DNA of 64,000 bases from Octopus vulgaris (GCA_951406725.2 OX597819.1:100750001-100814000); one strand, 5' to 3'; counted from the stretch's first letter, positions 1 to 15,546 are shown. Notes: generated from the letters alone by a model not told the origin. Numbers and translations are program-made.

Positions 1-420
1 TAGTGCAGTGACCCATGTTCTTAAAACGGTCCTGAAATTAATTGCTTTGAGAACCGCCGCCAAATTTTGCTGGCCGAACCTATCGAAAGCATTTTGATCT
101 AAATTTGACAGTGTCTTGTCCATGCTAGTTTCTTTACTTGCCGTTTCTGTTCTGTATCCGCTGAAATGGAGGTTGACATAGATGGACCTCTTTGAGATGG
201 CACATATTTGCACATTACCAGCTGGACCATCCTTGACAACCGCCAACTCCTTGCCAAACACCTTAGCCATAATCTTGATCTCTGCATTTAGAACAATTAC
301 TGGCTCAAAATTATCAAATTCGTACCCTTTTTCGTGGTGTCTTATCTTAAATATACTACTAAATCAAGGTTCACAGGAATGGAAATTCTCCGAAACTGCT
401 GTCAGGTGCAGTACAAATTT
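1..420 (-). pseudogene. L1/Tx1-clade LINE reverse transcriptase remnant (runs off window start)
   Basis: Manual minus-strand translation gives DNFEPVIVLNAEIKIMAKV...NLDQ-NAFDR...LAAVLKAINF...WVTAL, matching the NFRPITLLN-ELKILAK and LDQSKAFDRV motifs of Tx1/L1 RT. Frameshifted. Confidence 0.7.
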
Positions 421-2409
421 TCCAAGGCAGAAGTTACCTAGGGAATCTGACAAAACCGATATATCTACGAAGATGAAAACTAAAGAAAATAGTTTTACGG
501 CATCCTTTTGAGCATATAGCCGCTGGGCTCTCCAGTTACTAAATGGTTGAAAGTTATCAACTGTGGAGGAGAGTATAACATTTATAAAATGATGTAAAGT
601 TATATGTTAGCAGCGATATATCTTTTCGGGGGTAGGTTCATATAATAGGAAGAGAATAAATATAATTAGTGTAATTCATTATTAGATATAATCCAAAGAT
701 CACAAACGCGTATAATTGTAAAGTATAAAGGTAGAGATAGCTATGAATAAAGTTAGAGAAATTAGAGGTCCCACAAAATGTCCCACAAAGCGGGTAATCA
801 AGAAGTGGGAGGCCTAAACAAAATATGTAGATTGATATGAACGATCGATACGCTGGACCTTTACGAACTTCGTTAATTTACAATAAATATTATCAAAATC
901 GCACTTAGATGACAATAAGCTCAGGTAATTCAAACAAGACTACGTTGAACAATGTAGTCCTAGTTATATTTTGTGAAACGTATTACCTAGATTTGCTTAC
1001 AATCACATTAGTAGGTTTTAAAATGTAATAATATACCATATCAGTATCATCAAAATATAGAATAAAAGAGAGATAGCTATGGATGTGTGCTTTTATAATA
1101 CATCTGTTCTATCAAAAATGATATGGGTTTTAACTACAGCAAAATCCCCTTGGCAAAATGAATCAGAAAAAAAAACTGAAGCCTGTTTTTTAAAAGTAAT
1201 TTTTAGATGTGCGCCCGTGAAGGACTGCCATCGATGATATAGAATATCGATTAATAGTTCTTTTATCGATCCACGAAGAGTAAAAATGTAATGTGAAACT
1301 CAGTTGAGATTTGAACCAAACACATAAAATGTCATAGCCGAAAGGCGGAAGGCATATAACAGTAACAGTAAATGAATATGAATAAAACAGCTCCCCCATA
1401 AATAGCAATATCATTTTCATCATCATAAACAATATCAACAACAGCTATAGAACAGTAGCAACAACATCAATATAATGACTTATTGTTAGCGTGGTTATGA
1501 CATGAACAACAATGACAATGAAGAATGAGATGGCTATCAATCAACAGACCCATCAACAACAACAACAACAACACAATGTTATAAAATAAAGAAAAAAATT
1601 AAAACAGTGAACAAAAACGAAATATTATCAAATAACAATTTCAAAAATAACAGCAAATGAAACAAATAAAAAAATGTTAACAGCAAAAACCAGTTGGGCA
1701 ATAGGAAGAAGAAGAAAAAGGTTGGTGGATAATTTTATAAAAAGTAATTAAAGCCATTCAGTCCAGATGGAATTTCTTCATTTGAAGACATTTATGATTT
1801 TTATTGTTGTTGACAGCCATGATTATAATTTTCATAAGTCTTCTCAACTCACCCGACATGGATTATCGGAAATTAAAATAATAACAACAGCAACAGCACC
1901 AACAATAGCTATAACAACAGCAACAACAACAAAACAACGAGAGAGCTTCTTTAGGGTCACTACATGTGCTAGAAATAGCTTACACACATCCATTATATTA
2001 CATTCTAGCGTATTTAAAAACAGAAAATGAAATATTGGGTAGATGTAATGGTCAGGACAGACATTAGGCTAAACGATAAGAACAATAACAAACGAACAGA
2101 GGCAATAAATAACATCTACTAAGAAAGAAGATTCTGTGCATTTGCTGGTCCTTTAGAAATAGTAGCAAATCCGTATTCAAATCACAATGTACATTCCTTT
2201 TCCATAAATATATTTTTTCCTATCTAGTTCCAGAAAAAAATGTGTCTAAATAAAAACAAGAACGAACTTAACGGGAAAAGCTTAAACGAATTTTTTCGAT
2301 CAAGGATTAAACTGGAGCGAAAAAATCAATTACGAAGATATTGTAATTAATAAGGTTAATTATAATTATCATCATTGTTTCTTGCGTAAATACCAAATAA
2401 AAATGTTGG

Positions 2410-3017
2410 AGTAAGTCTTAGTCGATTAAATCGACCCCAGTATTTCATTGGTACTTTATATCGACGCAGAAACGCTGAAAGGCGAAGTTGACCTTCAACG
2501 GTATTCGAACTCAGAAGGAAAATTCCTGAACAGAATTCAAGAATTTTGTATGCTGCTTCAATAATTCTGCTAATCCATCAATCTTTCACATATAATTTCG
2601 AAACACGACCGGAAATATGGGGAAATCGATTCGAATCAACGACAGGTCTTGACGGGCATATTGCTTTATTGAACTCGAAGAATGAAAGGTAGAGCTGACC
2701 TCGGCGGGGTGTGAGCTTAAAATGTAAAGAGCCGAAAGAAATAATAGTAAGCATTTTCTCCGATGCGCTAACAATTCTACCGCCTCGCCGCCCTCAGTAA
2801 TAAAAAAAAAGGAAAAAAACCCAGGAAAATGCTGATGAAATTTACAACAATATACAGGAATAGGGAAACATATACAGAAATACATACACATCCTTAAAGT
2901 GTGTTCCTGTGTGAGTGATAAAGTACCAGTTTCGCACTGGGGGCGATATAATCGACTCAATCCCTTCGTCTGTCCTTGTTTGTCCCCTCTATGTTTGGCC
3001 CCTTGTGGGCAGTAAAG

Positions 3018-3020
<3 letters not shown>
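2410..3020. mobile_element. Cluster of degenerate SINE family A copies (two on minus, one partial on plus)
   Basis: Contains the recurrent motifs tcgaccccagt / gaaaggcgaagttgacc / gaactcagaa, and the tail ccccttgtgggcagtaaagaaata shared with the intact copy at 35200. Confidence 0.75.
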
Positions 3021-3086
<66 letters not shown>

Positions 3087-3125
3087 AAAGATAAAGAGAT
3101 AGATATGTTTGTTTGCATGTGTGTA

Positions 3126-3171
<46 letters not shown>

Positions 3172-3692
3172 GTGTGTGTGTGTGTGTGTATGTGGATGGA
3201 TGGATATATAAATATATAGGAGAATATAAATGCGAGTGTGCCTGCACACATGCGTGTGTTTGTGTAATATTATAGCTTGATTCTGTTCGAAACTGAATAA
3301 AGTGTTTGTGATTCCTATAATGACGCATAACATGCTATGAGAAAATTTTGAGGAAAATATGAGCTTAAATGCCAAACCCTCAAATGTTTTATGTAGTAAT
3401 TTCTTACATTGGTACAAGCTCGTGCATTCTGAGAGTTATATTTTTGATTATCTTTAAAATCTCAACATTAGTATTTAGTATATTGGTTCCAGAGAAAGAA
3501 ACAGGAATTAGTAACTTGTTCCTTCGAAGATAGAACATAAAGGGAGGAAATAATACACAATGCAGAAATTAATACAGTACTCTGTCTCATATTTCTCCCC
3601 AAACATTTCTCAAGCGGTGGTAGGGACATAAACACAGGCCCAAAGACATGTACACAAACACACGCACATACACACACACGTGTGTGTGTATG

Positions 3693-3736
<44 letters not shown>

Positions 3737-3899
3737 TATGCATATATGCATACATATATGTACATACCTACATATATATGTATATATACATGCATATATG
3801 GGTACAGGACATTAAAAAAACCTTGAACACAAGGAAAAACGAAAACATAAAAGCAAAAACATAGAAACGAACTTTTTTCCAACAGCGAAAAAACCAAAC

Positions 3900-4052
3900 A
3901 TACATACGATGTGATTCTTTCAGTTTCCGCCAAAGAAATCCACTCACATGGCTTTGGTTAACCATTAGCTAAGTAGAAGCTGTTGCCCAGGAGGCCACGG
4001 AGTGGGCATGAACCCGGAACCATGTGGTTGGGAAGCAATGTTCTTACCACAC
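3900..4052 (-). mobile_element. tRNA-derived SINE family B head (CORE-like)
   Basis: Reverse complement matches the head at 22724 (gtgtggtaag...ccacatggttccgggttca...). Confidence 0.7.
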
Positions 4053-4249
4053 ACCGATATATATAACTTTGAGTCAATAAGTATAATATTTTTACTTACA
4101 TAACCTCATAAGTGTTTTTATTATAGATTGGTATCCATATAAATTTCATTTGATTTGTTTTTCCTTTCTTTATTGATATGTATGTAGATAATAAATAATA
4201 TGTTTATACGGGACAATTCTTACATAAAATTAATTCACTTTAGTAGAAA

Positions 4250-4462
4250 TCCTTTCAACTAAAGGTACAAAACCTGAAATTTTAGGGGAGGAAACTAGTC
4301 GGTTACATCGACCCTAGTGTTTCTCAGGGACGGAATTTATCGACACCGAAAGGATGGAAGGAAAAAATAACTCCGGCATATTTGAACTCAGAACATAAAG
4401 TCGGTCGAAATATCGCTAAGCACTTTAAGAGGTGTGATAACAATTCTGCCAGCCCTCCGCCT
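4250..4462 (-). mobile_element. SINE family A
   Basis: Reverse complement starts ggcggagggctggcagaattg and has the family body. Confidence 0.75.
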
Positions 4463-5095
4463 TATAAATCAATTGATAATGAAAATATTATGTATCTATG
4501 TAAAATATAAATGTGGAACGCGGTCGTTCACGTGTCACTGAGATGCTCGTTTCGGAATAATGAAAGATCATCTTAGATTTTACTATGCGGTACACTGAAC
4601 TACAGTATTTTACCATATTTGGAAAGCGCCTATAGCTCAGTATATATCAAATTGGGAATTATATTTCATTAAAGAAACTAGAATTAAGTGAAACGTTCCA
4701 GAATTTTAAGGTGTACACATATAGGTATACAAGAATATGTATGAGTAGATATACATTTGTAAACTGATATAACGACGTGCATACTTAAATGTACAAACAC
4801 ACACACAGCCGTTGAAAAGCACAAACACAAACACACTCACACATAAACGAGAGGGCGCTGAAAATTTTCTGGCTTTGAGCAAGAGAAAATACAGGAGGAT
4901 TAGCTAATTATGATTTCATTCAACATATTCCACTCTCAGTGTCACAAACATACTGCAGCGGTCATTCAGTTTTTTCTAAGCCCTGTAAAAGGACTCGGAA
5001 GCTTATAACTTAATAACGAATAATTGGTACCTATTATATAGACCACAAACCAAATAATATGGTGGTGTGTTGTATATATGTATATATACATATAT

Positions 5096-5097
<2 letters not shown>

Positions 5098-5129
<32 letters not shown>

Positions 5130-5186
5130 CTAGTTTCAGCTTATGAGCTGTGGCCATGCTGGGGCACCGCCACTTGGTGTTGCTAT
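5098..5186 (-). mobile_element. 3' tail of the CR1/L2-group LINE with (AATC)n tail
   Basis: agtttcagcttatgagctgtggccatgctggggcaccgcca is near-identical to 16879-16920 and abuts an (ATTG)n run. Confidence 0.75.
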
Positions 5187-6004
5187 ATATATATATCTTT
5201 ATACTTGATTTAGCAAAGAGATTGCGGCCATGCTGGGGGACGGTCTGGAAGAATCTTTTAGTCGAATGAATAAACTCCAGTACATGTTTTTAAGCCTGGT
5301 ACTTATTCCATAAGCCCCTTTTTTCCGAACTACAGAGACGGAGACAAACCAACACCGGATCTCAAGTGTTAAGGGAGACAAGCATAGAAGCACACACATG
5401 TATAGGTACAGATGCTTGAATACATACATACGTATGTGTTTGTGTGCGTGTATAGATTACTATTACAAAAATACAAGCATAAATGCATGCCTGCTCTCAT
5501 ACTTATTTCAAGTTCTCTTTATCCTAAAGAATAAATCCTGTTTTTGTGCGGGGACACTGGATAGATATCTATCGGAGAAAAACTTTTTAAATGCAAGCAA
5601 AATATATACATCTCACATAGTAACTAAAGAAGATACTTGTACAAAAGCATTTAATTTGTACTCATGCAAAAAAAAAATCATTATATAAACATTTGCCAAT
5701 ATTCTCTAGTATTAGGACACAAGCTAAGATATTTAAAGAAGTCAAATAAAATACGATAAATTTGTACGATTTCTTAAAACGAAACATCACTCCTCTACAA
5801 AAATATATATTATGCGTCATTTAATTTTCACCATCACACAGGAAAACATATAGTAACAAATAGGAAAGCATATATTAACATACATATCAATCTATATTCA
5901 AATATGTATAGATGCATGTACTTTCGAGTTTGTGTGTGTGTGTGTATATACATTTATATATTTATACGTATATGAATATACATTCAGAAATACACACAGT
6001 ACAC

Positions 6005-6113
<109 letters not shown>

Positions 6114-6867
6114 TACATACATAGGTGCACTTTTGCTACGAGACCGGAGACCGATTGCACTTTAGATGCTTCTAGCGCATATTTAGGCATTTATCTCCAA
6201 TAAATTTCTTACTCGCGTTAAGATGCACAGCGAATTGGCATGCAATAAACTTATTACCGACAAATATGTAAACACTGGCACACACATAGGCACACACATA
6301 CATAGATATATAAATGTATTCGTATATATACATATATATACATACAACAAACATACATACTTAAAAATATGTATCATATACATACAACAAACCTATATAC
6401 ATATAAATATGTATGTATGTATATATTTATGTATGCATGTATGCATGTATGTATGTGTGTGTGCATATATATTATTGCGTATATGTGTGCGTATATATGT
6501 GAGAAAGGTGAACAGTAGTAGCAAGCTTAAAATTATTTTCTGGAAAAAATTAAGAAATATAAATATAAAATTACAGACTTTATCTCATAGTCGCATAAGA
6601 GTATTTATGTACATATTGAAGTTTAGAAGTGCATGTAGTGAAATATATGTGATAATTTTGAGAGATCTCTGAGAAAATATGCTAAGACATGGGCGTGTTT
6701 CGTCTCAAATTTAAAAGCGTTTCTACATATTTATGGCTTTTAAAAGTCACAGATAAATACGAAGATAAGATGGCAGTAAATATATGTATTTGCAAGCATA
6801 TATAAATATATAAAGGAATATATGTATGTATGTATATATATATATATACGTACGCACGCACACACGT

Positions 6868-6912
<45 letters not shown>

Positions 6913-7207
6913 CTGAGAGAAAAGGGGAAAATACGCAGATATTATAAAGACAGTGATACAGATGTGAAAGGAAGATTAACAGACTATATGATTATGCAAA
7001 GTATATTTACAAGCAGATGTGCGTGCGCGCACACATAATGATACATAGCGGAACATGTACATATGTATATTCATAAATGCATAACATATACAAACATACA
7101 TAAAACCCATTTGCAAGACATATGTAACTGTAGTTTTATATATATACATATACACATGAATATATGAACTTTCATATCCATACGTGACATGTATGTAGCA
7201 CTCTTTC

Positions 7208-7600
<393 letters not shown>

Positions 7601-7744
7601 GTATGCATGTATGTACGTATAGTAAAAGTTATTTTGGTGTAGGCAGCAGGCATTTGGGTATATTTTGGAATCAAATTTACTTCCAATTAAATTGCAATAT
7701 GCAACTAAGTTGTGGCTAAGTTATTGCTGTTGTTGTTGCTGTTA

Positions 7745-7836
<92 letters not shown>

Positions 7837-8535
7837 GTTGTTGTTGTTCTTCTTCTTCATGTTGTTGATTTTATTATTATTGTTGTTGCATCTTAAACTA
7901 TATAACACGATCCTGAGAGATAAGGTTACAAAATGTAGCAAAAAAATGTAAAAACAGTGAGCAAAACTAACAGATTAATATGATAAATCAAATAGACAAA
8001 AAGCAGACAAAAACAAAAGCAACATAGACATATAAATTACAAAAATAAAACAAATATACACATAAATCAAAACTAAATGAAATATATTCCTTTCATAAAT
8101 TTTTCTTGTCATAATTTGTGAAAATCAGACAGCATGACAAAATAACTAAAAATTCTATAGTCACAAATTCTTATCTTACATTTCAATATATTTTTGTTGT
8201 TTTGTCTTTCTCTATTGTTAAATATTATTGAGTCGTGAGAATTGGTAATTGCTAGCAGAGTAAGGGAAAATGTAGGAAAAAAAATGGCTGACTTAAGCGG
8301 CAGGGAAGTAATATTTAATTTCTGGTTAACATATTTCCTTGTCGTTATTTTTTAGCATTATGTTATTCTTCTTTTTTTCTTTTAACTATATGCGTTATCT
8401 ATGAATACCTATAATACGTGCACATATCTGTGTGCGTATATATATATATCGATATATATATTTATGGAGAGCTATTATATATACACTCATACATACATCC
8501 ATATGATAATATATAATTATATGTATCTAAATCTA

Positions 8536-8640
<105 letters not shown>

Positions 8641-8664
8641 ATATATGTATATATATAAAGATAA

Positions 8665-8723
<59 letters not shown>

Positions 8724-8783
8724 AACATGATCATGGTATACTTTGTGATTACGTGTATGTACCGTGTGATAATGTAATAAAAT

Positions 8784-8882
<99 letters not shown>

Positions 8883-9116
8883 AAGACGGGTGCTTATTTG
8901 CGTGTGTATGAATTAAGATATCGGCAGATATGAACGAGCTTATGTCACACGTCTATCTTTTATGCGCTGCATTTGCTGGTGAATATGTATTTCTGTCCCT
9001 CTAAGTACCTGTCTGTCTATTTTTCGCACTCAATCTCTCACTATCTCTCTTTATATATATTAATTTTACCATATGTAGATATGCTTCTTATATTCACAAA
9101 TGAAGTATATACATAC

Positions 9117-9166
<50 letters not shown>

Positions 9167-9469
9167 CTTTATGTGTCTGCATGTGCCTCTGGGTGTGCAT
9201 GAGTGTGTGTGAAGCTTTTATGTATGTGTACAAGACATATCAGTTTGGAAAAGCTCTTGAGTCTCGGGATATTGTCTATATAATACATAGGTTTGGCACG
9301 AAATGCTACCAACCATTTGGTCTAACTTGTTTTGAAACAACGAAGTTTAATGAATGAAACATTTCTCACATAAGGTATTTAATATAGTCGTCTTAAACTC
9401 ATTTTATCATGCCGGCCTCCCCTTGATTTGTAACGCCTACTCGAATTTCGTTTCATGTATGTACCTTTT

Positions 9470-10738
9470 AACAGATAAATTCGTTTGCTTTATGTTTGTG
9501 TATATTAGTACTTAATTTTCACTGTAAGTTTTGACAAATCAGGCGATAATATATTCTCCTTTCCTATTCATGTCTTGCCAAATTTCCACTAATTTGTCCT
9601 TGTGTTATCACTAGAAATCTCCGAGTCTTGACTCTAATGATTCATAAAACCACTTTTCCAATTTCACGACGTTATTGAAAGAAACACCTCAAAGATTGCT
9701 GAAGAGCAGTCTTTCCAAATGAAAACGAATAGAATCCGAAGCTGCTGTATCAGGAGCTTGCGGTTAGTGCAATACTATCGAATCGAACTCTTGAATAGTA
9801 ATTTTAGTCGAATTAGCAACGTTGTTACGAACGTTCCTGTGTTGAAGAAGAACGCCCTGTTGCCGGTTGGAACATTTCCGTTTGATTACCTCATTGACCC
9901 AATATATTTCCTGAAAGTGAAAGTTGCATTGCCGAGTGGTTGCTTTCAAGCACTTCGTAGTGGCTTAGCCTTTCCCAATTCTCCCGAACTCAGATTAATA
10001 TTTTGCATAGATCCCGCTCCTACTTGCATTTAGGTTTTCCTTGCTTCTCTGGGCAGAAACATTCTTTCCTCTGCTTCATCGACGTAAAGTTATTACTTTT
10101 CGTCGCCGATGACAATGCGATAAAGAAATATTTTTTGTATCGACGAGTAGCCTAGTGTCGATTGAGTAAACTGGCAGCAATAGAGGAAAGCTTAAGTTAG
10201 ACAATTTCGTTCAGATCCTCCGTCACACATACATAAAGTTTTGGATCTAAGCCATCGAGTAAAGGTATTGGGTGGAGGTATTATAAGAATATAACATTTT
10301 CTGTGTCAATTCTCCAATAGATTGGTTTTAATATTCGTCAATGAGGTCCTTCAATGTAACATCATTGAACAGAACAGACGGCCGGAACGCAGAGGGTTTG
10401 TGATGTCAAATTTCCAATAGTTAAAGCGTGAAAATCTTTTATGTGCAATTCAATGGTAGCGTCTAATCCTTAGACAGCATGTATATGTCAGGCGCGTCTT
10501 AGGTACCTTTCGAAACTACACTGACACCATAGAGAAACAGGTGTTGAAAATGCTAATTTTGTCTTTCTAATTGGAGTGCCATATTTCTGAAAACAGGCAC
10601 AATTCATTCAAATTTCAAAAACTATAAACAAAATTTGTAGAGAAATAATTGCGTTATCAGAAGCCGTCAAAGGCTACGATAGAAAACGTAAAATTCCACC
10701 ATATTTCAAAAGAAACGAATGAATTTATATAACAACGC
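9470..10738 (-). mobile_element. Decayed mariner (DD34D-type) DNA transposon; transposase pseudogene about 9541-10582
   Basis: Minus translation shows NRQQGVLLQHRNVRNNVANSTKITIQE (HDNARPH region), a degenerate HPPYSPDLAPSD region, a C-terminal KGEYIIA*, and an N-terminal M...HFQHLFLY. Weak terminal inverted repeats at about 9470-9490 and 10712-10735. Confidence 0.75.
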
Positions 10739-11039
10739 AGGTTTGTGGTTTCGAACCCTACGACATTTCTCATACTAAAAGAATTTTTCCACCCAATATT
10801 TATATGCTGTTATTTATAACTGCATATGCATTCCGAGAACCAATCCCCACAAACGAAGTACATATATATACATACAAACATATATGTTTGTATATATATA
10901 TATATACATACATACAAACATATATATATAATCGCATGGAAGACCATATACCAAAAATCTTACAGTTTCAGTTAGCTTTGAAAAATAGATTTGATATATA
11001 CTTCGGGAAAATAAAGACAGTAGCAATATTGAGGAGATG

Positions 11040-12480
11040 AATATTATTACTGAGACAATAAAATCACTACATCTAACATGAAAAAGACAAAACAAAAAGA
11101 AACATTATAAATCTCATGAATATCCGAAGAACAATGAAACAAGTCTCATCTACACAGCGCCCTGAATATACTAAATTATGTAAAATAAGGAGAAAACTTT
11201 TAGAAAATAAAAGAAAATCAGATACAGAGATTATCAAGGAAACATGAAAACAGCAAACGTCTTGAAAAAAAAAACTGCGCAACAAAGGTGAGGACGAGAT
11301 GTAATACAATCAATATCCTATATGACAAGGACAGAAAACAGCTTACAGAAGATGAGAAAATATTGGAAAGAATAAAATAATTCTATGAAACCATATATCA
11401 ATCAAACAACATGCACAGAAAAGGAACTATTGCAGAATAGACCACGTACATGCTACAAAACCAAATGAAGGAAAAGAGCTAAACATGCAACATACCATGA
11501 TACATTTGTAGATTTTGAAATGGCTTTCCATTACGAGGAAAATTGATAACATACCAAGCACACTTGAGAAAAATGGAATCGAAGGGGACTAAATGAAGTT
11601 ATTAGAGAACTTGTACACCAACTGTAGAACTACAGCAATTATAATGAACAAAGCGAATGATATCGAAATTGGTAAATGTGTCAGACAAGGAAACACCATA
11701 TCACCCAAACACTTTACATCTCTATTAGAAAAAGTTCTTTTTCCCCAGAATTTATATTGGTCAGACAAAGGAATAAATATGAACGGATGCCTAGTAAATC
11801 ATCTCAAATTCGATGATGATACCCTATTCATTTCCGGGAACATTAAAGAAATAACAGATATGCTCAGAATACTAAAATAAGTATTAAATAATGATAAAAT
11901 CAGAATTATCATTATAAACGAAAATAATCTTCAATTATCTAAACACATGTGGAAGTGCAATAATAGATGGTGAAATAGTTGAACATGTGAAACAATGCAC
12001 ATATCTTGGATTAATAATCCAATTACAGAATAAAATTAGACCAAACAAATTAGGGACATCCTGTCGTAAATTAAATAACATCAGTAACTTGCCCATATGT
12101 CTAAAAGGAAAGCTATTCAATCAGTGTATGCACGCTGATCAACATAAAGATCAATGGAAAGGAAAATGCTGAAGACTAAGAAAATGGTTAAGTGGAGAAA
12201 CAGCAGGATAAAAGTTACAAGAAATATAATGGCTGTCATCTAAACAATAAAAAAATTGAAATTGATTTTCATGGGACGTGATTTAAGAAGGAAGGAGCAG
12301 AGATAGAATAAGCAAATTGTTGGATTTTAAACACCACGTTCAGAAAGGGCGGGGACGACAATGCAGAAATTGCAATGAAAACTTTGCTAAATTCTTCGGC
12401 ATCCAAACATAGATGAAGAAAACATCATACGGTGGTTGGTGGAGAGAGCATGCTGAAGTTTTCATCCAGCAGTTGTCAGG
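11040..12480 (+). pseudogene. RTE-clade LINE RT remnant
   Basis: FVDFEMAF, then ORF 11593-11880 with IGKCVRQGNTISPKHF...KGINMNGCLVNHLKFDDD (GVRQGD-ISP and NHLRFADD motifs), then YLG. Many stops. Confidence 0.8.
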
Positions 12481-12526
12481 ATTATACCTGTATGTACGTA
12501 TGTACACTATGCAGCATCACAGGATT

Positions 12527-12527
<1 letters not shown>

Positions 12528-12620
<93 letters not shown>

Positions 12621-12690
12621 TGATGATGATAATAATAATAATAGAAATAATAATAATAATGATAATAATAATGATAATAATAATAATAAT
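12528..12690 (+). repeat. (AAT)n microsatellite, left part of the R4/Dong target array
   Basis: Direct reading. Confidence 0.95.
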
Positions 12691-14015
12691 ATGTCGTTGT
12701 GGAATACGAATCTCCAATTATACAACTCTAATGGAGTACTTGCCTCAGAAAATATAAACATCAACTGTGGAATTTTTCAAGGTGACTCACTTTCACCTTT
12801 AATATTCTGCATAGACCTAATACCCCTAATAACAGAACAGGGTATGGGTATAAAATTGCCAATAAAAAAATAAGCCATCTATTTTATATGGATGACTTAA
12901 AACTTTATGGTAAAGACAATAATGAACTTGAAGGCCTATTGCGCACCGTGAAATCATTCAGCGATGACATCGGGATGGAGTTTGGACTTGAGAAGTGTGC
13001 CAAGGCCACTTTCCAGAAAGGGAAAGTGAAGACCACAAATTCAGTCGTGTTAGATGTTGACACAGTTATAAGAGAGCTTGAGCAAGAACAAACATACAAA
13101 TATGTGACCCGCAGCAAACAAGCTGATGTTGACCAGAAGCAAACCCATCAGTGGCTGCGGAGCTCAGGGCTAAAAGCAGAGAGCGAAGGTTTCATCCTGG
13201 CTGCTCAAGACCAAAGCCTATCAACCCGGAACTACCAGGCCAATGTGATGAAAAATGGAGCAGACCCAAAATGCCGATTCTGCAACGACATGATTGAAAC
13301 AGTGGACCACCTAATCTCTGGATGTAAAGTCTTAGCACCAGTAGAGTATAAATTAAGACATGACAGAGTTGGCCAATATCTCCACTGGCTAATAAGTCGG
13401 CATTACAATATCAAAACTGCCGACAAGCGGTATAATCACCACCCTGAGGCTGTAACTGAAGGAGAACATGTAACCATTCTGTGGGACTTTCCAGTACATA
13501 CAGACCGAACCATCAAGGCCAATAAACCAGATATTGTTGTGAAAGACCAAAACAATAAAGTTTGCTTATTGATCGACATGAGCATCCCCTGTGATCATAA
13601 TATCTCAGCGAAAGAGTTTGACAAGCTCAGAAAATATAAAGACCTACTCATTGAAATTGAGAAAATGTGGCATCTCAAGGCGGTTACAATACCAGTGATC
13701 GTAGGAGCACTAGGAATGATCAAGAAGGGAACCGAAAATTATATGAGAATGATCCCTGGCTTACCATCCCTGCAAGAAGTGCAAAAGATTGTCTTAACTG
13801 GTACATCACACGTATTGAGAAGAGCATTGTCGATGTGAGAACTGTTGCTGCGCATGCATTTTAATTTAACTTAAAAAAAAAAAAATTTTTTAATGAACGA
13901 ACTACTGAGTTTGGTTTAATGGCCTACCAATATACACTGAGTTTCTTTGCCCTAGGAGTCGGGAAGACACTCGGCAAGAAATGGAAGAAAATTTGAAAGA
14001 AGAAAAAAAAAAAGT
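12691..14015 (+). mobile_element. 5'-truncated R4/Dong-type RLE non-LTR retrotransposon, copy 1 (ORF 12888-13838)
   Basis: GIFQGDSLSPL, (FY)MDDLKLY, CCHC knuckle CRFC...HLISGC, RHD, and restriction-like endonuclease KPDIVV...IDMSIP...KEFDKLRKY. Flanked by (AAT)n on both sides. Confidence 0.93.
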
Positions 14016-14073
14016 ATAATAATGATAATAATAATAATAATAATAATAATAATCATAATAATAATAATAATAA

Positions 14074-14144
<71 letters not shown>

Positions 14145-14154
14145 ATAATACTAC

Positions 14155-14207
<53 letters not shown>

Positions 14208-14212
<5 letters not shown>

Positions 14213-14560
14213 ACAAATACTGTCAGATCATTGATGTAGCCATAACAAACGACGTGAGTAAAGAGGTTGAAAAAATCACCAAGTACACCGAACTGAAAGT
14301 GGAAATGGCAACACTGTATGGAATGGAGAGGGTAATGTAATAGAGATATCAGTGGGGACTGGACTTTTGGCCTCAGCCCCATTGAAACTTCAAGAATTCT
14401 TAATGCAACTGGAAATCCCATGCAAGATTGATGCCTTGCAAAAAGCAGCTTTACTGAGCATAGCGGACACTTGAGGAAAATACTATCTGTGTGAGGTCCT
14501 TGTTCTAGCTTGACAGAGGACTAAAGTCTCTCCAGTAAATATTACCTATGTTACGAAGGA
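14208..14560 (+). mobile_element. 3' fragment of a second R4/Dong-type family (RLE C-terminus plus 3' UTR)
   Basis: Translates in pieces as KYCQIIDVAI, KEVEKITKYTELKVEMA, ALQKAALLS and LRKILSV*. Resembles 55293-56010 and lies between (AAT)n tracts. Confidence 0.75.
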
Positions 14561-14668
14561 AATAATGATAATAATGATAATAATAATAATAATGATAATT
14601 AATAATAATACAAAATAATAATAATAATAATAACAATAATAATAATAATAATAATGATAATAATAATG

Positions 14669-14752
<84 letters not shown>

Positions 14753-14753
<1 letters not shown>

Positions 14754-15288
14754 CCCTGATACAGTACCAGGCAGTGGTATCATGATTGGAAGTGTTATCA
14801 TGTACGTTGTTTTGTCTTGGTATAAAAGATGGGCTACAGCAAATATTCTGCTCAATACCACAGATTTACTTGTTAGTTGTTTGACCTTAACCAGTTGAGC
14901 ATCTCCCTTAGTGGCTGACGATATGTGCATCTCTGATTACGAGCAGAAGTAGTGGGAGAGCATCATAGCCGTGTGTTGAAAGGAATTCTTGGAGGTTTGG
15001 ATAAGTTACTTTTGGAAACCTGGGTGGTTCGTCCTACATCTTTAAACAATCCTTATTCAGGGAACTTTTGAGCGGGATGGGCTACTCGACCAGAAGAAAA
15101 TTTTAACTGGGCCCCGCCTGCAAGGTCATGTGCTATTTAGCTTGGTTTGAGATCACCATGTCGCGCACATATGGTTGTGATGCATGTGCCTGGTGTACCC
15201 TTATCAGACGGGTAGTCATAATGGGTATACTGGGCTTCGTATATTTTACCCCAGTGTCACATTGATGGCATGCACTGCTCTCTCACTC
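14753..15288 (+). mobile_element. Non-coding interspersed repeat of about 535 bp embedded in (AAT)n
   Basis: Precisely bounded by (AAT)n. A partial copy lies at 44590-44755. No ORF recognised. Confidence 0.75.
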
Positions 15289-15361
15289 AATAATAATAAT
15301 AATAATGATGATGATAATGATAATAATAATAATAATGATAATAATAATAATAATAATAATG

Positions 15362-15510
<149 letters not shown>

Positions 15511-15546
15511 GATAATGATAATAATAGTAATATTAATAATAATAAT

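Noticed and set aside
733-1081. 13-bp direct repeat agagatagctatg as a TSD
   Set aside because: No recognisable element between the copies, so it cannot be supported.
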